The translations under genes and the position numbers were made by a program. This document shows positions 41,270 to 51,112 of a DNA stretch of 64,000 nucleotides, piece after piece (the stretch's first letter is position 1; every line of letters starts with the position of its first letter). The DNA lies in contig NC_085843.1 of NCBI RefSeq assembly GCF_035594765.1, positions 174,259,971 through 174,323,970 of the forward strand. The letters run 5' to 3'. The notes under the pieces are model-generated. The model was not told where the DNA came from. It saw only the letters and a program-made list of their open reading frames with translations, and did not search any database. The stretch is from Anolis carolinensis (taxonomy: Eukaryota).

Positions 41270-41540
41270 GAGGTTTTGACGTCTGTGCGAAGCTAGGCAA
41301 GTGGGGTTTATATATCTGTGGAAGGTCCAGGGTGGGAGAAAGAACTCTTGTCTGTGGGAGGCAAGTGTGAATGTTGCAATTGGTCACCTTGATTAGCATT
41401 GAATAGCCTTGCAGCTTCAAAGCCTGGCTGCTTCCTACCTGGGGGAATCCTTTGTTGGGAGGTATTAGCTGGCCCTGATTGTTTCCTGTCTGGAATTCCC
41501 ATTTTCTGGGTGTTGTTCTTTTACTGTCCTGATTTTAGCT
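41270..41540. mobile_element. Penelope-like terminal repeat fragment inside the hAT
   Basis: ggtttatatatctgtggaaggtccagggtgggagaaagaactcttgtc..gggggaatcctttgttgggagg; homologous to 25418-25676. Confidence 0.75.
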
Positions 41541-41699
41541 TTTCTGTAGCTAAAAATGCATATAAAATTGATTCTATAGGGAGGATAAATGATTGGATTT
41601 CAACTCCTACAGCTTAGCTTTCTCTGCCAATAATGGTACCATATCAAACTAAACCTCCCAAGATTCTGTAGCAGTGAGCCATCTTGGATATTGTAAGGG

Positions 41700-41701
<2 letters not shown>

Positions 41702-41761
<60 letters not shown>
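41702..41761. repeat. (TTA)20 microsatellite
   Basis: Direct reading. Confidence 0.97.
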
Positions 41762-41867
41762 GACCTTGCTCCCAGGAAGGTGCCTTCGCTGTGGCTCCCA
41801 ACTTATCTATCTACCTTTCCACATATTCTCCACATTGTGTGTATGTGTATGTATATTATATATACAT

Positions 41868-42159
41868 GAGCCCCGATGGCGAAGTGTGTTAAAGCACTGA
41901 GCTGCTGAACTTGCAGACCGAAAGGTCCCAGGTTCAAATCCCGGGAGCAGAGTGAGTGCCCGCTGTTAGCTCCAGCTTCTGCCAACCTAGCAGCTTGAAA
42001 ACATGCCAATGTGAGTAGATCAATAGGTACCGCTCTGGCGGGAAGGTAATGGCACTCCATGTAGTCATGCCGGCCACATGACCTTGGAGGTGTCTATGGA
42101 CAACACTGGCTCTTGGGCTTAGAAATGGAGATGAGCACCAACCCCCAGAGTCAGACATG
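41868..42159 (+). mobile_element. Sauria SINE, 5' part (interrupted by CR1)
   Basis: tRNA-like head with B-box ggttcaaatccc, core to cagagtcagacatg; continues at 51212. Confidence 0.92.
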
Positions 42160-42400
42160 GTTCTCGCAGAAGCAGAGGCAGCAGGAGGACATTTTTGCTC
42201 CCTGGCTTCAGGTAGGATTTGGCTAAGATTTGGCTAAGATTTTAAAGGCACCTTTACTAACTATCCTTTGCAGTACATACAGGAAACAAAGCAACATAAA
42301 CAAATACACAAAGAGGTGGTTTGTTGCAGTTTGCACATAAAGTGCGTGCATATTACTTAACTGTACAAAGATCCCACTTGGCCACCACGCTCACCAAGAG

Positions 42401-43435
42401 ATGCAACAAAAGCAAACCATTCCCATCACATGCACCAGCTGTGGCATGTTCCGCTTTTTCACACAAAAACTAGACAACTACATCTGCTCCAAATGCAAAC
42501 AGATGACTCTGATGGAGCAGAGGATCCAACAGCTCGAGCACCGTATTAAGACCCTTAAGGACATTCAGGCACTCGAGCTCTTCTTGGACACTGCACAACA
42601 CGCTGCTGTAGATCAGCAGCCTGCATCACACCAACACCACCAAGACCATGATCAGGAACCTTATGGGGAGATCAACTCAAAGGTAGACAACCCTCAGGCT
42701 TGGAAGGAGGTCACCCATAGAAGGAGACGCAGGACCAGGCAGCCTCCGCAGAACTCCTCTGCTCAGCTGCATTTACACAACAGATTTGAAATTCTTACAT
42801 CATTAACATACAATCAGGAAACACATCTTGTGGAGGACCACAGTTTCTTAGATACTACTCAGTGGACCACCCTGGATCAATGCGCAGGGGATAGCCCTGA
42901 CGGGGACAGTGCATCACCACAGTCACACTTATGTAATCATGCAAATGCTCCATCCCCAATCATAGACCAGGAGCAACAGGAACATCCTTGGGAGAGTAAT
43001 GGGCTCTCGGATGTATCTCAATGGATTGTCATTGATGAATGCACTGGGGATGTTGAGGAGGAGGACAACACTTTACACCTACATGATTCACTTCAACAGG
43101 AACACTCTTCAGGGGACATACACACTGTCTTGCACAAAAGGGACCCTGTCAATCCTCAAAGGAAACAGGTCTTGGTAGTAGGTGACTCCCTCCTTAGAGG
43201 AACGGAAGCCATCATTTCCAGACCGGATGGGATGGCTCGAGAAACATGCTGCCTCCCGGGGGCAAAAATACACCATATCACTCAGAGGCTCAGCAGGCTC
43301 CTAAAGCCCCATCACCCTCCCCACCTTATGTTGATACATGTAGGTAACAATGACACCGCTAGGCATACTTTTCAAAAGATCACAAATGATTTTCGAGCTC
43401 TGGGAACAAAGCCAAAACTGTATAATGTACATGTG
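42401..43435 (+). pseudogene. CR1 ORF1 N-terminal part (zinc finger/leucine zipper + SGNH esterase blocks I-III)
   Basis: CTSC..CSKC, heptad LMEQRIQQLEHRIKTL, VVGDSLLRG, CLPGAKI, IHVGNND; the track ORF runs 9 extra codons into the LTR. Confidence 0.92.
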
Positions 43436-43737
43436 TGTCAGCTCACCACAGCCGCTCCTGAATGAACACACGAGACTCTCTGTGATATCACCAGAAACTT
43501 TACTGCAGGAAACATAAACATCAGAAAAGCCAAGAATGGGAGACTCCGGCCAACCATCCTTTATATACCCTCCCCCTCATTTGAAAAGTCTCTTCCCGCT
43601 CAGTAAAACCCCGCGCAAATTCCCCGCCAAGTCCAGCAGCCGTTTCTTCTCTGAGTCCTGAGACGCAGGTGTCTTATCAATGTCAGTGACCCTGAAACTC
43701 AGAGCCACATACAGGCTCTAGTAGCAGGGTTCTGACA
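43436..43737 (-). repeat. Gypsy 3' LTR
   Basis: Identical to 47642-47943 except 43652 T vs 47858 C. Confidence 0.97.
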
Positions 43738-43743
43738 TGGCGT

Positions 43744-43756
43744 CCTCCTCCCCTTC
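43744..43756 (-). other. Polypurine tract
   Basis: Minus strand GAAGGGGAGGAGG, 6 nt upstream of the 3' LTR. Confidence 0.85.
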
Positions 43757-43759
43757 GTC

Positions 43760-46700
43760 CTGGAAGGAAAAGATTAAACACAACTATTGTTCTCCGCTGT
43801 CCAGAGTTCCTTTATACTTTTTTAACAGGCTGCAATGGAATACCGGGTGTACCTTTCCTAGGTCCTTGGGTAGCCTCAGCTCATAGGTCACTTCGTTTAT
43901 TCTTTTCGCTACCCTGAACGGCCCTATATAGCGTGGAGCCAATTTCTTAGATGGGAACCCCAATTTCAGGTTTTTTGTGCTCAGCCAAACCAGATCTCCT
44001 TCGCCCAATTTGTCCCCCTCTCGGCGCCTACGATCTGCAAAGAGCTTGTACTTCTTTTGTGTTTCCCGCAATGCCTCCACCACGGTCTGCCACCCTTGCT
44101 TAATTTTGGCCGGCCATTCCTTGTCGGTCTGGCCCTCTCCTTCCTTCCACTCGGGTAGCCTGGGGAAAGGTGCCACCTCCTGTCCGTATACTATTTCGAA
44201 TGGGGCACGACCTGTGGCCGAATGTACGGCCCCGTTAAAAGCCATCTCAGCAAACGGAAGAAGGTCCGCCCAATCGTCCTGTCTATAATTGGTGTACATC
44301 CTCAAGAATTGGCACAGTGTCTGTTGGGTACGTTCGACCCCCCCGTTGGTTGCGGGGTGAAAAGCCGAGCTCAGATTCCTTTCCGCTCCTAACAGCTGTA
44401 AGAATTTTCCCCAAAATTTTGCAGTGAATTGGACTCCCCGGTCGCTAATTATTTTGTCGGGACACCCATGTAGGCGATATACATGCTTCACATACAAATC
44501 AGCGAGCTTTTCAGCCGAGGGGAGTTTTGGCAGGGCCACAAAGTGTGCCTGTTTTGAGAATAGGTCCAATATTGTCCAAATGTATCTGTGGCCTCTGCTG
44601 GGGGGTAGTTCGCCTACAAAATCCATTGCCACGCATTCCCATGGCCTCATGGGCTCCACCACCTTCTGCAATAGCCCCTGGGGCTTCCCAGGTGGTGTTT
44701 TTCCCTCTGCACATAATTCACACTGCGTGACGTACCCCCTGGCGTCTTTCCTCATTCCGGGCCACCAGCATTGTTTGGCCAACAGTTTAATAGTCCTGGT
44801 GGGGCCTAGATGACCTGCACCCTTGTTATCGTGGCACTTCCTTAACATTTCTTGTCTTAAACATTCAGGAATATACAATTTCTTATTTAGAAACACCAAA
44901 TCCCCACACTTTTCTCCCTGTTCTTTGTTCGTTTGTAACCATTTGTCCATTCCATATGCTCGCTTCAACTCTTCCTCCCATATTTCTCCTCCCCCCGTGG
45001 AAATGGCAGTACGTTTGTTTTCTTTGGCCGCTTGTGCTCGAGTCAGTACTGCCAGGCCCCATTGCTTATCTAGGAAAAGGCTCCCCTCAGATTCCTGAAT
45101 TCCTCCCCCGTGCTGAGGCATCCGAGAGAGAGCGTCAGCGAGTATGTTGTGTTTCCCCTGGAAGAACTTGAGTCTGAAATCAAAACGGCTGAAATATTGG
45201 GCCCATCTAATCTGCTTCGCTGATAGTTTACGAAGGGATCTTAGATACTGTAAATTTCTATGATCAGTCCACACCTCAAACGGTGTTCCACTTCCTTCCA
45301 GAAAGTGTCTCCAGCACTCTAGTGCTTTCAGAATCGCTAAGGCTTCTCTCTCCCAAATCGGCCAGTTTTTTTCTGTATCGCTAAACTTTTTCGACAGATA
45401 GCCACATGGCTTCAGGTTCCCCCCCTCGTCTTTCTGCAGCAGAACTGCCCCATATGCCCGGTCTGACGCATCGCAATGTAGTACAAAGGCCTTCGACATA
45501 TCAGGGTGCTGTAGGACAGGCTCCTCAGTAAAACGCTTTTTAAGGGCTTCGAAAGCTTCCTGGCATTCTATTGTCCAGGTCAGTTTGGCCCCTGGGGCCT
45601 TCACTTTGGCTGTTTCTCCCCTGCCTTTAGTCTTTAACAAATCCGTCAACGGCAAAGTGAGGCGCGCAAAGTCCTTGATAAATGTTCTATAGAAGTTTGC
45701 GAACCCCAGGAAGGATTGCAGCTGCTTCCGTGTTCTGGGGGCTTCCCACCCCCTCATGTCTTCCACCTTCGCAGGGTCCATCGCCACTCCCTGGGAGGAA
45801 ATCCTATACCCCAGAAAGTCTATCTGGTCTTTATTGAACTCGCACTTGGCAAGCTTCGCATACAGCTTCGCTTCCCTCAACTTTTGTAGGACTTCCCTGA
45901 CTAGTTCTACGTGTTGCTCCTTAGTCCGAGACATTATCAATATGTCATCTAAAAAAATAAAGACTCCCTTGTACAATAATGGATGCAACACTTTGTTGAT
46001 TAATTGCATGAACACGGCCCCTCCCCCGCATAAACCGAATGGGAGCACACAATAATTGAATAATCCGAAGGCGCAGGAGAAGGCCGTCTTCCACCTGTCC
46101 TCTGGTTTGATCTGCAATTTATGGTAAGCCTCAATTAAATCCAATTTAGTGAATATCTGTCCCTCCGATAACTGGGCGATCAAGTCCTTCACTAAGGGTA
46201 GGGGGTATTTATTTACAGTACTGATTGCATTCAGGCCCCTGTAGTCAATGCAGAGCCTCAGCGTTTGGTCCTTTTTTCGCCTAAACAACACAGGTGCCCC
46301 TAAAGGGGAGTTCGAAGGTTCTATGAAACCCCTCGCTAGGTTTTTATCAATGTACTTTCTCAGTTCCTCCTTTTCCCTAGCCGACATCGGGTATATCTTT
46401 GCCTTGGGAAGCTCTGCTCCTGGGACTAGCTCTATTTTCACTTCAACTCTCCGCTTCGGTGGGAAATTGTCTGCTTCCTTCTCGTCAAACACGTCCACAA
46501 AATCCCGATACTCTGGGGGTAATTTATCTGCCAGTTCTGCTATTCTGATAGAGTCTTCCTCCCCCCTTTTCCCCAGCTCCCTCTCAACTTCCTGGCTCCC
46601 TTCTTCCAAATTCATCCCGAAAATCATGCTCTTATCCTCCCAGTTGATTTGCGGGTTGGCCTGCCCCAGCCACGGCATGCCTAGTATAACATTATAGCTG

Positions 46701-46987
46701 GCTATTTGTGATATCACAAATGACACCTTTCCTTCCCAACTCCCTATCTTACACTTTACATCTTCGGCACTGTACCTAGCTAACGATCCTGATGCTGTGG
46801 ATCCGTCCAACTGCGAAAATGCTATTGGGGATTCTAGGTTCGTTCTTTCGCATCCCAATCCCTCGGCTAATTCAGGGGAAATGATGTTCCTGGAACATCC
46901 ACAATCCACAAACGCTTTGCAAGTTGCTTGTTTGCTGCCATTTTCAAGCTGAATGGGGACCACTATCATAGCTTTGTTCTGACTTAC
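43760..46987 (-). other. Predicted intron spanning the whole pol region
   Basis: Donor TTG|GTAAGT at 46987; acceptor TTTAATCTTTTCCTTCCAG|G at 43760. Confidence 0.7.
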
Positions 46988-47593
46988 CAACCCCCCCGAA
47001 TGGTGCCTCATCGGTGTTTCTTCCTCGGCGCGTTTTCCTGCCACAGCTCTTGGTTTGGGCTGGCCTCCGCTTTCCCCTTTTCTCTGCCAGCACTCGGCAG
47101 CTCTGTGGCCCAACCGGCCGCACACAAAGCAGCCACTCCTGCTGGCGCTCACGTTCCCTGTCGGCTCCGCTCTCCTCCCGGCTGGGGCTGATCCCTCCTT
47201 CCGGCTCCCCTCTTTCATCTGCGGCCGTTGCTGTAGCGCTCCTCGGTGCCTCCTCGCCTGGGCCAGCGATGTCTCGACGCGCCCCGCCAGCTGAATCCAT
47301 CCGCGCAGTGTGTCAGGCTCATCACGATGCACCGCCCAGGAGAGGATCTCCATCGCCGACATCCTCTCCTCCAGAAACACCATCCTTTGTGGGCCTGGGG
47401 AAGGTGAACCTTCCTCTCCTCCGGTGCTATCTCCCCGCACCACTCCACGCCTCTGGGTTACCCCATTTGGCTGGGCATAAGCGGTGGATGACGCCAGGGC
47501 CGCCAGCTGGTGGAACTCAGCGTCCGGCTCGGGAGTGGCCCTTCCCGACCTTCCTCCTCCTGCGACCAAGAGCTCTTCATCCTCCACTTGCAT
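43784..47593 (-). CDS. Gypsy Gag-Pol polyprotein, 1269 aa from the first ATG downstream of the 5' LTR (Gag apparently internally deleted)
   Basis: CCHC knuckle CFVCGRLGHRAAEC; protease FVDCGC..ILGMPWL; RT LCIDYRGLN, LPFGL, FLDDILI; RNase H CDAS..EREALA..TDH..ADALSR; integrase HHCC, MDFV/SDRG/GGVER, GPF module; no stops. Confidence 0.93.
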   Translation of the reverse strand: MQVEDEELLVAGGGRSGRATPEPDAEFHQLAALASSTAYAQPNGVTQRRGVVRGDSTGGEEGSPSPGPQRMVFLEERMSAMEILSWAVHRDEPDTLRGWIQLAGRVETSLAQARRHRGALQQRPQMKEGSRKEGSAPAGRRAEPTGNVSASRSGCFVCGRLGHRAAECWQRKGESGGQPKPRAVAGKRAEEETPMRHHSGGLVSQNKAMIVVPIQLENGSKQATCKAFVDCGCSRNIISPELAEGLGCERTNLESPIAFSQLDGSTASGSLARYSAEDVKCKIGSWEGKVSFVISQIASYNVILGMPWLGQANPQINWEDKSMIFGMNLEEGSQEVERELGKRGEEDSIRIAELADKLPPEYRDFVDVFDEKEADNFPPKRRVEVKIELVPGAELPKAKIYPMSAREKEELRKYIDKNLARGFIEPSNSPLGAPVLFRRKKDQTLRLCIDYRGLNAISTVNKYPLPLVKDLIAQLSEGQIFTKLDLIEAYHKLQIKPEDRWKTAFSCAFGLFNYCVLPFGLCGGGAVFMQLINKVLHPLLYKGVFIFLDDILIMSRTKEQHVELVREVLQKLREAKLYAKLAKCEFNKDQIDFLGYRISSQGVAMDPAKVEDMRGWEAPRTRKQLQSFLGFANFYRTFIKDFARLTLPLTDLLKTKGRGETAKVKAPGAKLTWTIECQEAFEALKKRFTEEPVLQHPDMSKAFVLHCDASDRAYGAVLLQKDEGGNLKPCGYLSKKFSDTEKNWPIWEREALAILKALECWRHFLEGSGTPFEVWTDHRNLQYLRSLRKLSAKQIRWAQYFSRFDFRLKFFQGKHNILADALSRMPQHGGGIQESEGSLFLDKQWGLAVLTRAQAAKENKRTAISTGGGEIWEEELKRAYGMDKWLQTNKEQGEKCGDLVFLNKKLYIPECLRQEMLRKCHDNKGAGHLGPTRTIKLLAKQCWWPGMRKDARGYVTQCELCAEGKTPPGKPQGLLQKVVEPMRPWECVAMDFVGELPPSRGHRYIWTILDLFSKQAHFVALPKLPSAEKLADLYVKHVYRLHGCPDKIISDRGVQFTAKFWGKFLQLLGAERNLSSAFHPATNGGVERTQQTLCQFLRMYTNYRQDDWADLLPFAEMAFNGAVHSATGRAPFEIVYGQEVAPFPRLPEWKEGEGQTDKEWPAKIKQGWQTVVEALRETQKKYKLFADRRRREGDKLGEGDLVWLSTKNLKLGFPSKKLAPRYIGPFRVAKRINEVTYELRLPKDLGKVHPVFHCSLLKKYKGTLDSGEQ

Positions 47594-47629
47594 GTTACAC
47601 CTCACCGCTACAGCGGGATGGTGTCTATT

Positions 47630-47639
47630 TTCTTGGCTT
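47630..47639 (-). other. Self-priming-type primer binding site
   Basis: Minus strand AAGCCAAGAA 2 nt after the 5' LTR; no TGG; complementary to TTCTTGGCTT at 47742-47733. Confidence 0.8.
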
Positions 47640-47641
47640 AG

Positions 47642-47943
47642 TGTCAGCTCACCACAGCCGCTCCTGAATGAACACACGAGACTCTCTGTGATATCACCAG
47701 AAACTTTACTGCAGGAAACATAAACATCAGAAAAGCCAAGAATGGGAGACTCCGGCCAACCATCCTTTATATACCCTCCCCCTCATTTGAAAAGTCTCTT
47801 CCCGCTCAGTAAAACCCCGCGCAAATTCCCCGCCAAGTCCAGCAGCCGTTTCTTCTCCGAGTCCTGAGACGCAGGTGTCTTATCAATGTCAGTGACCCTG
47901 AAACTCAGAGCCACATACAGGCTCTAGTAGCAGGGTTCTGACA
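47642..47943 (-). repeat. Gypsy 5' LTR
   Basis: 302 bp, TG..CA; upstream of gag on the minus strand. Confidence 0.97.
47740..47773 (-). promoter_or_regulatory. LTR core promoter: TATA box and initiator
   Basis: TATATAAA at 47773-47766; Inr-like CCATTCT with A at 47743, 30 nt downstream; AGTAAA polyA variant ~35 nt further. Confidence 0.75.
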
Positions 47944-47949
47944 CATGTG

Positions 47950-48186
47950 ATCTTTTCATCCCTCCTCCCTGTTGTAGGACACGGCTCTACAAGGGCCGGA
48001 AAAATAGTACAGGTCAATAACTGGCTCAGAAAATGGTGTCAAGAGGAGCATTTTGGCTTCCTTGACCATGGTCTACTCTTCCAAGAGGATGGACTACTGG
48101 CAAGCGATGGGGTGCATCTCACACAAGTAGGAAAACATCTTTTTGCACACAGACTCACAAACCTCATCAGGCGCACTTTAAACTAG
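47950..48186 (+). pseudogene. CR1 ORF1 C-terminal part (SGNH esterase block V)
   Basis: IFSSLLPV..NNWLRKWC..FGFLDH..SDGVHL; in frame with 42401-43435 once the Gypsy and one TSD copy are removed (423 aa). Confidence 0.92.
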
Positions 48187-48215
48187 ATCCACTGGGGGAG
48201 AGGAAAAACAGCCTG

Positions 48216-51112
48216 GTGAACAATATATTACCCACGACCACAGGGAACCGCCGAAAGGCTAAACGGAGGGCTGCACAAACACAGCAAGGACCAAGTACAG
48301 AGAGCACAATAATCCCAAATAAACAGTTCGAGAGGAGGTCACAGGGGCTTACATGTCTTTACACTAATGCTCAGAGCATGGGAAATAAGCAAGACGAACT
48401 CCAACTCCTAGCACAGCACCACACATACGATGTCATAGGCATCACTGAAACCTGGTGGGATGACTCCCATCACTGGAATTTAACCATTGAGGGCTATAAC
48501 CTCTTTCACAGAAATAGAACAAAGGGGAGAGGAGGGGGAGTAGCTTTATATGTCAAAAACAGTTACGTTGCAGAAGAAATGCAAGACTGTAATCCGGGAA
48601 ACCATCTTGAAAGCATCTGGATAAGAATCAAGGGAACCGGGACTCAAAAAGATCTTGTCGTGGGTGTCTACTACAGACCTCCGAGTCAGGATGAAGGACT
48701 TGATGAAGCCTTCTGTCAACAGCTGACCAAACAGGCACAAAGAAGAGATATAGTAGTCATGGGCGATTTCAATTATCCCGATATCTGCTGGAAAACAAAC
48801 TCAGCCAAGAGTACAAAGTCCAACAAATTCCTCACTTGCCTTGCAGATAATTTTATGGTCCAGAAGGTAGAAGAGGCAACAAGGGGATCAGCAACTCTTG
48901 ATCTAATCTTAACAAATGTGGAAGACCTGATCAATACAGTTGAAGTGGTTGGATCCTTAGGGGCAAGTGACCATGTGCTCCTGCAGTTTGCAATACAAAG
49001 GAATGCTGAAACTAAGACAAGTCAAACATGCTTTCTGGACTTTAAGAGAGCTGACTTCCAAAAAATGAAGGAATTACTGAGCGGCATTCCATGGACGCCG
49101 ATATTAAAAAACAAGGGAGTTAAGGATGGATGGGAGTTTTTCAAAAGTGAAATACTCACGGCGCAAATGCAAACAGTGCCAACAAAGAAGAAAAATAAGA
49201 CAAGTGCAAAGAAGCCAGAATGGATGTCCAAAGAACTTCTAACTGAGCTAAAGCTCAAAAGTGACATGCACAAGAAGTGGAAAAGGGGAGAAATCACCAA
49301 AGAAGAATTCAAACGTATAGCCAACACCTGTAGGGAAAAGGTTCGCAAGGCTAAAGCGCAAAATGAGCTCAGGCTTGCCAGGGACATAAAAAACAACAAA
49401 AAAGGCTTTTTTGCTTACGTTGGTAGAAAAAGGAAGAAAAAGGAGGCGATAGGGCCATTGCAAGGAGAAGATGGGGTGATGGCGACAGGGGACAGGGAAA
49501 AGGCAGAACTGCTCAATACCTTCTTTGCCTCGGTCTTCTCAGAAAAAGAAAGCCATCTTCAACCTCAGCAACACGGAATGGACGAAGGATTGGGGGAAAT
49601 CCAACCCCAAATAGGGAGACACGTTGTCCAGGAACACCTGGCCTCTCTAAACGAATTCAAGTCCCCAGGGCCAGATCAGCTACACCCAAGAGTACTGAAG
49701 GAACTAGCGGAAGTTATTTCAGAACCACTGGCAATTATCTTCGAGAGTTCTTGGAGAACGGGAGAAGTCCCAGCAGATTGGAGGAGGGCGAATGTGGTCC
49801 CTATCTTCAAGAAGGGAAAAAAGAACGACCCAAACAATTACCGTCCGGTCAGCCTCACATCAATACCAGGCAAAATTCTGGAAAAGATCATTAAGGAAGT
49901 GGTCTGCGAACACTTAGAAACAAATGCGGTCATTGCTAATAGTCAACACGGATTTACCAAAAACAAGTCATGCCAGACTAATCTGATCTCTTTTTTCGAT
50001 AGAGTTACGAGTTGGGTCGATACAGGGAATGCTGTGGATGTAGCGTACCTGGATTTCAGTAAGGCCTTCGACAAAGTCCCCCACGACCTTCTGGCAAACA
50101 AACTAGTAAAATGTGGGCTAGACAAAACTACGGTTAGGTGGATCTGTAATTGGCTAAGCGAACAAACCCAAAGGGTGCTCACCAATGCGTCGTCTTCATC
50201 ATGGAAAGAAGTGACAAGTGGAGTGCCGCAGGGCTCCGTCCTGGGCCCGGTTCTGTTCAACATCTTTATTAACGACTTAGACGAAGGGTTAGAAGGCACG
50301 ATCATCAAGTTTGCAGACGACACAAAACTGGGAGGGATAGCTAACACTCCAGAAGACAGGAGCAGAATTCAAAACGATCTTGACAGACTAGAGAGATGGG
50401 CCGAAACTAACAAAATGAAGTTCAACAGGGACAAATGCAAGATACTTCACTTCGGCAGAAAAAATGGAAATCAAAGATACAGAATGGGGGACGCCTGGCT
50501 TGACAGCAGTGTGTGCAAAAAAGACCTTGGAGTCCTCGTGGACAACAAGTTAAACATGAGCCAACAATGTGATGCGGCTGCTAAAAAAGCCAATGGGATT
50601 CTGGCCTGCATCAATAGGGGAATAGCGTCTAGATCCAGGAAGTTATGCTCCCCCTCTATTCTGCCTTAGTCAGACCACACCTGGAATACTGTGTCCAATT
50701 TTGGGCACCACAGTTGAAGGGAGATGTTGACAAACTGGAAAGCGTCCAGAGGAGGGCGACTAAAATGATTAAGGGTCTGGAGAACAAGCCCTATGAGGAG
50801 CGGCTTAAAGAGCTGGGCATGTTTAGCCTGCAGAAGAGAAGGCTGAGAGGAGACATGATAGCCATGTACAAATACGTGAAGGGAAGTCATAGGGAAGAGG
50901 GAGCAAGCTTGTTTTCTGCTGCCCTGCAGACTAGGACACGGAACAATGGCTTCAAACTACAGGAAAGGAGATTCCACTTGAACATCAGGAAGAACTTCCT
51001 CACTGTGAGAGCTGTTCGACAGTGGAACTCTCTCCCCGGGGCCGTGGTGGAGGCTCCTTCCTTGGAGGCTTTTAAGCACAGGCTGGATGGCCATCTGTCG
51101 GGGGTGCTTTGA
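48216..51112 (+). pseudogene. CR1 ORF2 (APE endonuclease + reverse transcriptase) with one frameshift near 50640
   Basis: YTNAQS, ITETWW, GDFN, LDLIL, SDH; NYRPVSLTS, YLDFSKAFD, GVPQGSVLGP, KFADD; frame changes at agatccagga|agttatgctc (ORFs 48216-50669 and 50645-51112); start codon uncertain. Confidence 0.95.

Larger units (their letters stand above)
43436..47943 (-). mobile_element. Ty3/Gypsy LTR retrotransposon, Tf1/sushi-like, 4508 bp
   Basis: Two 302-bp LTRs TGTCA..TGACA, 6-bp TSD catgtg (43430-43435, 47944-47949), domain order gag-PR-RT-RH-IN. Confidence 0.97.

Noticed and set aside
40983-41370. GC-rich segment with MAAAASP start resembling a host first exon
   Set aside because: Lies within the hAT TIRs, runs into a Penelope fragment, short ORF, no convincing donor.
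41674-41892. Poly-Ile/poly-Leu ORFs (also poly-Tyr/Asn/Ile at 52180-53606)
   Set aside because: Translations of (TTA)n/(AAT)n microsatellites.
41868-41945. tRNA genes at SINE heads
   Set aside because: A/B-box-like heads continue directly into SINE bodies; no complete cloverleaf.
46988-46997. G7 run at the gag/pol border as a ribosomal frameshift site
   Set aside because: gag and pol are already in one frame, the run is not an X XXY YYZ heptamer, and the adjacent splice donor explains the border better.
47594-47677. First 28 codons of the 1297-aa track ORF
   Set aside because: Starts at a non-ATG codon inside the LTR and crosses the PBS; the ATG at 47593 is the plausible start.
43977-47723. 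Many + strand ORFs within the Gypsy (up to 217 aa) and - strand ORFs within CR1 ORF2
   Set aside because: Antisense shadows of long coding frames; no recognisable domains.
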